A stretch of 64,000 nt of DNA from Macrostomum hystrix (taxonomy: Eukaryota > Animalia > Platyhelminthes): NCBI GenBank assembly GCA_950097015.1, contig CATNEN010000011.1:6324001-6388000 (forward strand), given 5' to 3'. Below are positions 12,001 through 19,800 of the stretch, piece after piece. Below the pieces are notes generated by a model. The model was not told where the DNA came from. It did not search any database and worked only from the letters and a program-made list of their open reading frames with translations. The position numbers and the translations under genes are program-made. How positions within the stretch are numbered: position 1 is the first letter of the stretch; each line of letters starts with the position of its first letter.

Positions 12001-13848
12001 CCCTGACCCATCAAAGACGGCTAACAAACTATTTCTGCAGGGACAACTGTTAGATAGCGTCAAAGAATGGAAATATCTTGGCTTTCACATCAATGCTAAA
12101 GGAACCGTGGATTCCCATGCCACAGAGATTAACAAAAAATGTGGATATCCTATTCTTCTCTTAAGGAAATTAGCCAGCCATGGGGCGGTCAGATACAACC
12201 AGCTCATGCTGTACTGCACAGCAATGATAGAAAGCATAGCTCTGTACGCCTCTGAGGCCTGGGGGGCTTTTGTCTCGTGGAACCTGGGTCCTTGGGACCG
12301 CTGTCTTTTTGAAAGAGTAAACATCAGGTGCTGTAAAGCCATACTACAAGTCAGCCAAAATACGGATGGCAACGGGGCCCGCTCGGAGTTAGGCAGATTG
12401 CCTTTATTATACAACATCCAGAAAAGAAGCATTTCGTACTGGGCCTCCATAACAAGCCGGCCGGACTCCATAATTTCCAAGTTATTGGCGGACCAAACAT
12501 ACAGTGATGTTGGAATCAAAGCAAAGACCAACAATGACGTTATGCTGAACTGCAGAGGCATTAGTCCTGCAAAAGCAATTGGAAACCACAGGAAAAATTT
12601 CGTTTCTCAGTTCGATACCCATTGGAGACAAAGGACACAGAACTCAAGCAAGCTAAGTCACTTCTATTACTCCTTCAAGCAATATTATTCAGCCGAAAAA
12701 TATTTACAACAAATATACAACCCGGAGTGGAGACGTACCATAGCCTCGTTTAGACTAGGAAACCATAAGCTAGCTTGCGAAACATTGCGAACTGCGAGAC
12801 CGAAAATTCCGTATGTTAATAGATTATGTAGTAAGTGCAAAACAGAAGTTGAAAACGAGGTCCACTTCCTTTTTAAGTGCACTTGGAATAAATATAGCGC
12901 AGCACGTTCGAAATTTGAGACGGAAGTTTCTGGGAAAACCCCCAATTTCATATCCTTAACAGCAGAAGAAAAATCTAACTACATAATGGCTCAAGACGAT
13001 AGGGAAACCGCTGAAGCTTTAGCAAAATACATCATAGAAATATCTAAAATAAGGGAACAGCTGCCCTGAGACTACGAGATCTTACTAGCATTCAACAATA
13101 GATATTTCATATTTTGTTTTATCCCTGCCGTCCCTTGTGTTTTTACTGCTCTTATTTTTAATACCTTTGCTTTCCCTTCCCAGCTCGATATTTGATTCCT
13201 ACTAAACTTCGCTTTTTATGTTGCTTTTCGCTGTTCATTTAAATGTGTTGTTAAAAAAAATATAAAAAAAAAAATCAGCACCCATAGATGGCGTGCGCGT
13301 TTTAATAATAATAATAATAAAAAGACAAAATAGAAGTCACCTGTTAGATAGAATAGAAGGCACCTGTTAGACAAAATAGAAGTCACCTGTTAGATAGAAT
13401 AGAAGGCACCTGTTAGACAGAATAGAAGGCACCTGTTAGACAAAATAGAAGGCACCTGTTAGACAAAATAGAAGGCACCTGTTAGACAAAATAGAAGTCA
13501 CTTGTTAGACAAACTCTGCCTGTCCGCAGCCTGCAACAGTGAACTAGTTGACAGTCTGGTTGAACGTGACGACCTTCACATGGAGCAGGACTCGCTGCTG
13601 ATCGAGGTGGAAGACTTGACTCGGTGAGTCCGTATGTACATATTTTTCATTTACTACTCATTGACGATGAGTAAGCAGTATAAGTAGTGTGGTACAATGC
13701 AATTAACTGTAGTCGCGCGACTTAAAGAATTTACATCGCTAAAAAACCTTCCAGGCGAGCGAAGGAGGCAGCCGGACGGTTGAAAGCCAAGGAGTCCACA
13801 GCAGCAGCAGCAGCAGCAGCAGCAGCCACAAAAATTCGAATGCTGTAG
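83..13848 (+). CDS. SCHIP1: SCHIP1-like (schwannomin-interacting protein 1) gene, 3' part; coding exons 83-130, 205-318, 1007-1181, 13530-13623, 13755-13848
   Basis: All five segments have AG/GT ends and compatible phases (0,0,1,2). The spliced product includes [26 protein letters not shown] and [40 protein letters not shown]. These match the SCHIP1 C-terminal domain pattern (LQAEAKMALAMAKPMAKMQ ... [31 protein letters not shown]). Stop TAG at 13846-13848, with AATAAA just downstream. The 5' exons lie outside the window. Confidence 0.8.
335..985. repeat. Intronic minisatellite, two related ~35-bp units in alternation
   Basis: Tandem TAGAGGGAGACGAAAGCTCGAATGTACATTTCGGC-type and GAATAGGAATGGTAGAAAGCTTAAATGTACATTTC-type units fill SCHIP1 intron 319-1006. 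Confidence 0.9.
1527..5340 (+). mobile_element. Decayed Ty3/Gypsy LTR retrotransposon (gag, protease, RT, RNase H, integrase remnants)
   Basis: Frameshifted fragments occur in Gypsy order. Gag: [27 protein letters not shown] (~1610). Zinc knuckle: CYRCGEKGH (~2115). Protease: [11 protein letters not shown] (~2345). RT: [20 protein letters not shown] and WAHDDMVI (~2440-2610), plus LNRDKCRF. RNase H: [17 protein letters not shown]. Integrase: [36 protein letters not shown]. Purine tract GGGAAGAAA then TG at ~5226-5236. Many stops and frameshifts. Confidence 0.9.
3256..4003 (+). mobile_element. 5'-truncated non-LTR retrotransposon (RNase H + C-terminal CCHC), inserted into the Gypsy RNase H domain
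   Basis: ORF 3286-3888 has the RNase H C-half [23 protein letters not shown] and the zinc knuckle [19 protein letters not shown]. It is followed by a short 3' UTR and an AAGTCAAGTCAAA tail. An exact 16-bp direct repeat GTAGTATCATACCACC flanks it at 3240-3255 and 4004-4019. The exact clade within the RNase H-bearing I-group LINEs is not resolved. Confidence 0.88.
5660..6238. repeat. 23-bp minisatellite (TTAGACAAAATAGAAGGCACCTG)n, left part
   Basis: About 25 tandem units are directly visible; the array stops at the 5' end of the LINE. Confidence 0.95.
6904..9426 (+). CDS. LINE ORF1: AlkB-family 2OG-Fe(II) dioxygenase + coiled-coil region + degenerate SGNH/esterase-like domain + R/Y/S-rich tail
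   Basis: The ATG-initiated frame is uninterrupted. ALKBH2/3-like motifs are [37 protein letters not shown] (HxD at 7360-7368), [23 protein letters not shown] (His 7531) and PRINVTFR (Arg 7564 and 7582). Confidence 0.88.
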   Translation: MSLTVTDDSTPTALSESMATRQHSGEPHLVERKHKWIAVQVTEDECAKVDGQPFIYCRDYLDSNHTVLFDKLLQTTPWESRRCVIRGIEHNEPRRTFAYGKPYSYCGVEWKENNNWPEELLQIKQCLSKEFNVDFNSVLLNLYRDGQDSIQLHQDNEKCLGINPVIASLSLGAERCLTVENTDEKRHYSLIMSPGSMLVMQGDCQTKFKHGVLKTRESAPRINVTFRHIVPELNDVPSRNEPTPSETSMDIAVKTPEQIIDERKKSESTDAADAHFDISFLSQPLQEAKTRLGKRKQKLADKESAASAEETTVLEDASFKVPKTKKFRKRRSPMKGADKSDKAVQTELIPVDAATNTENNLLMDTDWKRLKSLEEGVAAVLSEVKQLKSSLSIDEYIQKTRNALQSLTTGLMHQLEAKAKESQTELLKALNITKSDVVNHLKQTSSSTKDAIISEERAVKAEVIKSQQISHSLEQKVGELVSLQALAFTKTQNERAGRETYAEKASRSVNPTASSKNVTMAVSVSKNAENASGAVARDSEPAEAESNSCTKQKVKEGLKKHDIVVVSSKLGKALDYRRLFPNSTIRVVYYNTQERLIELLQEPNFSAQECLVIDLNHEPSMEVAYKAVTAIDAGQRQHGANCLHLLIIPDSSTRTEQLFEKELCEYGVKHQLLTFNFHEIHFYDGELNSSGADFLFALMCKCIRNLNLKVRPHPANTENQRQQTVHHRHQHSYRESRGGGATGYRNYRAHSSYPVRDANYIRSEIDHRISTNGYFDRSRASRYRISNEYDYNKRDRKNFISGYRANIEPSNYRRSSFGYRNRYQQVGVRRLDDRQFRCVD
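9635..13069 (+). CDS. LINE ORF2: apurinic-type endonuclease + reverse transcriptase + C-terminal Cys/His domain
   Basis: The ATG-initiated frame is uninterrupted. APE motifs: SWNIDGL, LCETH, GCYIP, GDFNART, STIDY, SRH. RT motifs: [51 protein letters not shown]. Confidence 0.95.
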   Translation: MLTSTLNFNSRIVTETQGSCEKKVTYNKSELIITSWNIDGLMLSGECKMESPCFHEHIRNRDIVFLCETHAKQEQLDSNTLIDFTCFGADGIKARGINKGRLSNGMVFLVKNNIAKRTTLVHKSDFALVLKIKQKQSEEPLYILGCYIPPENSKYYKEDIWEEIKYLIQLFSREGSVLTVGDFNARTGTLQPSTRDKFPRQNQDSEKNKHGLRLMEMCSETKSTILNGMTQGDIMGNYTFSSTLGRSTIDYAIVSMDKVDIIKDFFIHPQSFLSRHCPLTVTLIFPDHVQPEHANQEKHESFPMPPRWDTETQGSYIEALNNKQSEEIIRKLQSIDAHDGKSLENLFSSLTNLLRDSVAESCAKTIIPNKFWTNRDETLRNLSKSLKYVARKKRRRPTDSALASEYNGLAKKYKQQLKKLKQMDINDCIQKMAANGTSKGFWSGLRKAEELLFPSRRLNRPQAPIADIADNLTKVFNAHPSLGTQPHRTDEAVSPEDLISCVDLDRAVKKLKRRKAAGIDGITNEHIIYGQEKLKPVLLKLFNASVRLGQTPAQWSNALITPIYKKGSRSDPKNYRPISVLPALARLFASLIYEKLETHIRTLDLLSASQIGNRKGYRTSDHIATLLTLIHNKKRRKRPFHLVFFDLKSAFDMVHHPTLFQRLRELKVSPEIIEAIQSMYSGAKFQLKISDGQATKARSITNGVRQGCPLSPLLFSLYIDPLSTMLRDSFRSDTFIKDEQINNLLYCDDLVIFGENPRELQKGLDKVSEFCQSHKLEINMQKTKVISCCPDPSKTANKLFLQGQLLDSVKEWKYLGFHINAKGTVDSHATEINKKCGYPILLLRKLASHGAVRYNQLMLYCTAMIESIALYASEAWGAFVSWNLGPWDRCLFERVNIRCCKAILQVSQNTDGNGARSELGRLPLLYNIQKRSISYWASITSRPDSIISKLLADQTYSDVGIKAKTNNDVMLNCRGISPAKAIGNHRKNFVSQFDTHWRQRTQNSSKLSHFYYSFKQYYSAEKYLQQIYNPEWRRTIASFRLGNHKLACETLRTARPKIPYVNRLCSKCKTEVENEVHFLFKCTWNKYSAARSKFETEVSGKTPNFISLTAEEKSNYIMAQDDRETAEALAKYIIEISKIREQLP
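13323..13512. repeat. 23-bp minisatellite, right part (continuation of the 5660-6238 array)
   Basis: The same CACCTGTTAGACAAAATAGAAGG units resume right after the LINE tail and end just before the SCHIP1 acceptor at 13529. Confidence 0.93.
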
Positions 13849-14304
13849 CAGACAATAAAGCTATGTGCGAATATTCAAGCAAACCTGCTATGCCGCAGTG
13901 CTGAACATTGCAACCTGTATATTGCAGACTCGTGTACCATTAACTGCTTCTGCTTCTAAAAGTACATCAAATAATGATTCTCTATTTGCCATTTTTTCAT
14001 CGCTGGCTTATTCCTATGGTGTTATCGCATTTACATTTCATGCCTAGATACGATTTGCAAACAGCTAGACTATTTTAACAGCTAGACTCATTTGGCACTA
14101 CTTATAGTACAGATAATCGTATATTTCATTTTGATTCTTAATAAAAAGTTAATTACTCTCTAGTCTAATTGCTAAAATTTCCTAATTTATGGCTTGTGGC
14201 AGCAGCCAATTATTTAATAACTAAATATCTTACCTACCAAAATAAAAGACTAACAGACACAACACATCCTAGAACATTTTTGTTAAATTTATTTGAAGTA
14301 TTTA

Positions 14305-14337
<33 letters not shown>

Positions 14338-14339
14338 GG

Positions 14340-14383
<44 letters not shown>

Positions 14384-14559
14384 TAGATAGACAGATAGAC
14401 AGACAGAAAGACAAAAATACTGACAGACAGACAGGCAGACAGACAGGCAGACAGACAGACAGGCAGACAGACAGACAGACAGACAGACAGGCAGACAGAC
14501 AGACAGACAGACAGACAGACAGGCAGACAGACAGGCAGACAGACAGACAGACAGACAGG

Positions 14560-14595
<36 letters not shown>

Positions 14596-14747
14596 AAGAC
14601 AAAAATACTGACAGACAGACAGGCAGACAGACAGGCAGACAGACAGACAGGCAGACAGACAGACAGACAGACAGACAGGCAGACAGACAGACAGACAGAC
14701 AGACAGACAGGCAGACAGACAGGCAGACAGACAGACAGACAGACAGG

Positions 14748-14783
<36 letters not shown>

Positions 14784-14872
14784 AAGACAAAAATACTGAC
14801 AGACAGACAGGCAGACAGACAGACAGACAGACAGACAGACAGGCAGACAGACAGACAGACAGACAGACAGAC
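14305..14872. repeat. (GACA)n microsatellite with a 188-bp higher-order period
   Basis: GACA/GGCA tetramers; the marker AAAAATAC recurs at 14413, 14601 and 14789. Confidence 0.95.
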
Positions 14873-15259
14873 TTTGAACAACGTAAGTCGGGGAACAAGC
14901 ACATTTATTTATATATTAATATTTATATAATAATGGATTAAAGAGCAACTTGCACAATAACACAGCTGTGCACGACAAGTAGTGTATTAACATTTTAATG
15001 CACAAAATCAGAGCAACATTTTCAATAATATACAAAACACTTGAAACAATTAAGTGAACTAAAAAATTTCAATCTAGTCTTTTAATGACAAAATATTGTA
15101 CAATATTGTCAACTATTAATACTCAAACAGGGTGATGTAATATAACGAATAATACACCATTCTATGCAAGCTCAATAATAGCACACCAATGTAGATGAGA
15201 ACTGGTTGTACTCGTACGAGATTAGCGACTGGATTAAACAAAAATTGACACATGACTCA

Positions 15260-15342
15260 GATCTAGCATGAGATCTGAGGAATCTAGCATGAGATCTGAT
15301 GAATCTAGCATGAGTTCTGATGAATCTAGAGTGAGATCTGAC
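15260..15342. repeat. Short 21-bp array (ATCTAGCATGAGATCTGATGA), a copy of part of the SHP2 intron array
   Basis: Four units, in the same variant order as ~17870-17950. Confidence 0.85.
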
Positions 15343-15374
15343 ACATGACACACATCCAATGAGGCCCTCCGTTT

Positions 15375-16558
15375 TTCATGTATTCACACAGACTGACCCC
15401 CTGTTACAGGTATTCACACAGACTGAACACCTGTTACAGGTATTCACACAGACTGACCCCCTGTTACAGGTATTCACACAGACTGACCCCCTGTTACAGG
15501 TATTCACACAGACTGACCCCCTGTTACAGGTATTCACACAGACTGATCCCCTGTTACAGGTATTCACACAGACTGATCCCCTGTTACAGGTATTCACACA
15601 GACTGACCCCCTGTTACAGGTATTCACAGACTGACCCCCTGTTACAGGCATTCACACAGACTGACCCCCTGTTACAGGTATTCACACAGACTGATCCCCT
15701 GTTACAGGTATTCACACAGACTGACCCCCTGTTACAGGTATTCACACAGACTGACCCCCTGTTACAGGTATTCACACAGACTGATCCCCTGTTACAGGTA
15801 TTCACACAGACTGACCCCCTGTTACAGGTATTCACACAGACTGACCCCCTGTTACAGGTATTCACACAGACTGACCCCCTGTTACAGGTATTCACACAGA
15901 CTGACCCCCTGTTACAGGTACTCACACAGACTGATCCCCTGTTACAGGTATTCACACAGACTGATCCCCTGTTACAGGTATTCACACAGACTGACCCCCT
16001 GTTACAGGTATTCACAGACTGACCCCCCTGTTACAGGTATTCACACAGACTGACCCCCTGTTACAGGTATTCACACAGACTGATCCCCTGTTACAGGTAT
16101 TCACACAGACTGACCCCCTGTTACAGGTATTCACACAGACTGACCCCCTGTTACAGGTATTCACACAGACTGATCCCCTGTTACAGGTATTCACACAGAC
16201 TGACCCCCTGTTACAGGTATTCACACAGACTGATCCCCTGTTACAGGTATTCACACAGACTGACCCCCTGTTACAGGTATTCACACAGACTGACCCCCTG
16301 TTACAGGTATTCACACAGACTGACCCCCTGTTACAGGTATTCACACAGACTGACCCCCTGTTACAGGTATTCACACAGACTGACCCCCTGTTACAGGTAT
16401 TCACACAGACTGATCCCCTGTTACAGGCATTCACACAGACTGACCCCCTTGTTACAGGTATTCACACAGACTGATCCCCTGTTACAGGTATTCACACAGA
16501 CTGACCCCCTGTTACAGGTATTCACACAGACTGATCCCCTGTTACAGGCATTCACACA
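15375..16558. repeat. 30-bp minisatellite (TTCACACAGACTGACCCCCTGTTACAGGTA)n
   Basis: About 39 near-identical tandem units between the converging 3' ends of SCHIP1 and PTPN11. Confidence 0.95.
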
Positions 16559-16850
16559 CACAGACCCATCCTTCGTGATACTTCAGTTATAAAAGTGAAT
16601 CTACACAAAGGCTTCCAGAAAAAAGGACATAAATTACTACTGTAAGAACAAAACCATTTTTCCAAAACATAAACTAAAAAACTAAAACTGGCAAATTAAT
16701 AAGGTAGATTTGTGCTCCATAGCGAAATGAAAGCTTAAAAAAAGATGCAATTAAACGAACATTAATTAGCTTCATAGTGTCATAAACAATATTCTCAAGA
16801 TTCAATATAATTCAGTTTGTAAAGTCAGGCCAAGCAGCTGTTAGTGCTGG

Positions 16851-19800
16851 CTAATTCACCATTTTCGACTGTCTGGGCGGTGGCACAGGTGCCGCAGGTA
16901 TGTTGTTAGTCTGTGGCTGAACTGCCTGCTGCTGCGGCTGCTGCTGTTGCTGAGTGTCCTTACCAGAAGGCAGGTTAGTATAGTCGTGTCCATTAGCTGT
17001 TGCTGGCGGCTGCTGCTGCTGCTGCTGCTGCTGCTGCACATAAGCGTACACAGCCCTGTAAACAAACTTGTACTGTCCCTCAGTCTGCACCATGCCAGAC
17101 CGCTGAGAGCGCACGTGATGAGTCAGCTTCTGAATGTCTATGTCGCAGTTGAGTCCGTGGACATCAATGTAGTTCAGCAGCATGTCGATAATGATGACTG
17201 ATCCTGTACGGCCAATGCCGGCACTGCAGTGTACCACAATGGATCCGGGTTGGCTCGAATCGCCAGCCCTGGACTGTTCCATAGTTTTGGCCTTGTCTCG
17301 CACATCGCAGAGCATTTTAATTACTGATCTAGGATCCTGGGGCACATTGTGATCCGGCCAGCTCAGGTATTGAAAGTGCAGCACTATTCTCACCTCGTTG
17401 CCAGGCAACCTGATCACCTCAAGCCGGTTAATCTTGTAATCGCCCAGGTCGGTTTCGTCCAGATGGCGAATAACAATAGCTCCCTGCGGAGCTGAGAACT
17501 CCATGGTCTTGTGGTCCGTTGGCCAGTACCTGGCACACTTCACCTTCGACCGCTCCTCCTCCTTGGTGGTCATGACAATGATGCGAGAGTTCTCCTGCCA
17601 GACCATCCGCCAGAAATCAGAGATTGTGTTCGGCATCGGGCCCTGGTGGCGTTGGGTAGTGAGAGTCCAGTGAGTCTCATAGTGAGAGTCCAGTGTAATA
17701 AATCTAGTATGAGATCTGATAAATCCAGTATGAGATCTGATAAATCTAGTATGAGATCTGATAAATCCAGTATGAGATCTGATAAATCTAGTATGAGATC
17801 TGATAAATCCAGTATGAGATCTGATAAATCTAGAATGAGATCTATTCAATCTAGAATGAGATCTGATAAATCTAGCATGAGATCTGAGGAATCTAGCATG
17901 AGATCTGATGAATCTAGCATGAGTTCTGATGAATCTAGAGTGAGATCTGATGAATCTAGTATGAGATCTATTCAATCTAGAATGAGATCTGATAAATCTA
18001 GCATGAGATCTGAGGAATCTAGCATGAGATCTGATGAATCTAGCATGAGTTCTGATGAATCTAGAGTGAGATCTGATGAATCTAGCATGAGATCTGATGG
18101 GTGCAACGATACCAAAATTCCCAACCGCTCACCTGAGTAGCAATGTATTCTCTGCAGCCAGAATAACTAGACTCAGGTGTGATGTAATTAGCGTTGATGT
18201 ACTCTCCGAATTCGCCAGCGTCCTGTTGACCGACATCGTTGAGCTGGACTCTGGTGTGATCAAAGGGCAGGATGTTCTTGAATCGATTCTTGGTCTTGTT
18301 CTCAGGCTTGCTGCCCTCTTTTCTCTCGTTGCCGACTCCCTGGGCGGTCTCGCGCTGCAGCTCTTCGAACTCCTCCCAGAAGTTGCTGTTATTTTGCTCC
18401 AGTTCCTGGGGATATGGGTTGGGGTTGGGGATAAGAGAGGGTTTGTAGGGCAGGATAAGAGGGTTTGTAGGGGCGGATAAGAGGGTTTGTAGGGGAGGAT
18501 AAAATAGGGTTTGTAGGGGAAGGTAAGAGAGTTTGTAGGGGAGGATAAGAGGGTTTGTAGGGCAGGATAAGATGGTTTGTAGGGGCGGATAAGAGGGTTT
18601 GTAGGGGAGGATAAAATAGGGTTTGTAGGGGAAGGTAAGAGAGTTTGTAGGGGAGGATAAGAGGGTTTGTAGGGGAGGATAAGAGGGTTTGTAGGGGAGG
18701 ATAAGAGAGTTTGTAGGGGAGGATAAGAGGGTTTGTAGGGGAGGATAAGAGAGTTTGTAGGGGAGGATAAGAGAGTTTGTAGGGGAGGATAAAATAGGGT
18801 TTGTAGGGGAAGGTAAGAGAGTTTGTAGGGGAGGATAAGAGGGTTTGTAGGGGAGGATAAGAGAGTTTGTAGGGGAGGATAAGAGGGTTTGTAGGGGAGG
18901 ATAAGAGAGTTTGTAGGGGAGGATAAGAGAGTTTGTAGGGGAGGATAAGAGGGTTTGTAGGGGAGGATAAGAGAGTTTGTAGGGGAGGATAAGAGAGTTT
19001 GTAGGGGAGGATAAAATAGGGTTTGTAGGGGAAGGTAAGAGAGTTTGTAGGGGAGGATAAGAGGGTTTGTAGGGGAGGATAAGAGGGTTTGTAGGGGAGG
19101 ATAAGAGAGTTTGTAGGGGAGGATAAGAGGGTTTGTAGGGGAGGATAAGAGAGTTTGTAGGGGAGGATAAGAGGGTTTGTAGGGGAGGATAAGAGGGTTT
19201 GTAGGGGAGGATAAGAGGGTTTGTAGGGGAAGGTAAGAGAGTTTGTAGGGGAGGATAAGAGGGTTTGTAGGGGAGGATAAGAGGGTTTGTAGGGGAGGAT
19301 AAGAGGGTTCGTAGGGGAGGATAAGAGAGTTTGTAGGGGAGGATAAGAGAGTTTGTAGGGGAGGATAAGAGAGTTTGTAGGGGAGGATAAGAGGGTTTGT
19401 AGGGGAAGGTAAGAGAGTTTGTAGGGGAGGATAAGAGGGTTTGTAGGGGAGGATAAGAGAGTTTGTAGGGTAGGATAAGAGGGTTCGTAGGGTAGGATAA
19501 GAGAGTTTGTAGGGCAGGATAAGAGGGTTTGTAGGGGCGGATAAGAGGGTTTGTAAGGGAGGATAAAATAGGGTTTGTAGGGGAGGATAAGAGGGTTTGT
19601 AGGGGAAGGTAAGAGAGTTTGTAGGGGAGGATAAGAGGGTTTGTAGGGGAGGATAAGAGAGTTTGTAGGGGAGGATAAGAGGGTTTGTAGGGGAGGATAA
19701 AATAGGGTTTGTAGGGGAGGATAAGAGGGTTTGTAGGGGAAGGTAAGAGGGTTTGTAGGGGAGGATAAGAGGGTTTGTAGGGGAGGATAAAATAGGGTTT

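Larger units (their letters stand above)
6239..13322 (+). mobile_element. Apparently full-length two-ORF LINE, RTE group (RTEX-like), with AlkB-bearing ORF1
   Basis: The layout is a ~665-bp 5' UTR, ORF1 of 840 aa, a 208-bp spacer, ORF2 of 1144 aa (APE + RT), a 3' UTR and a (TAA)n tail ending ~13322. The same 23-bp minisatellite lies on both sides, with AGACA duplicated at the junctions (6234-6238, 13323-13327). The [13 protein letters not shown] motif and C-terminal [23 protein letters not shown] point to RTE/RTEX rather than CR1 (typically GVPQGS). The clade call is inference. Confidence 0.9.

Noticed and set aside
13300-13322. The AlkB LINE as mobilising partner of the main SINE
   Set aside because: The tails differ ((TAA)n versus (ATT)n on the sense strand), and I see no shared 3' sequence.
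14169-16434. Multiple ORFs (RQTD, CLSV, VFTQTDPLLQ repeats)
   Set aside because: These are translations of the GACA and 30-bp arrays, open in several frames and strands at once.
15375-16558. CRISPR-like appearance of the 30-bp and other arrays
   Set aside because: The units are head-to-tail with no unique spacers, there are no cas genes, and the context is eukaryotic.
17697-18097. Hammerhead core CTGATGA in the 21-bp repeat
   Set aside because: There is no GAAA half-core and there are no flanking stems.
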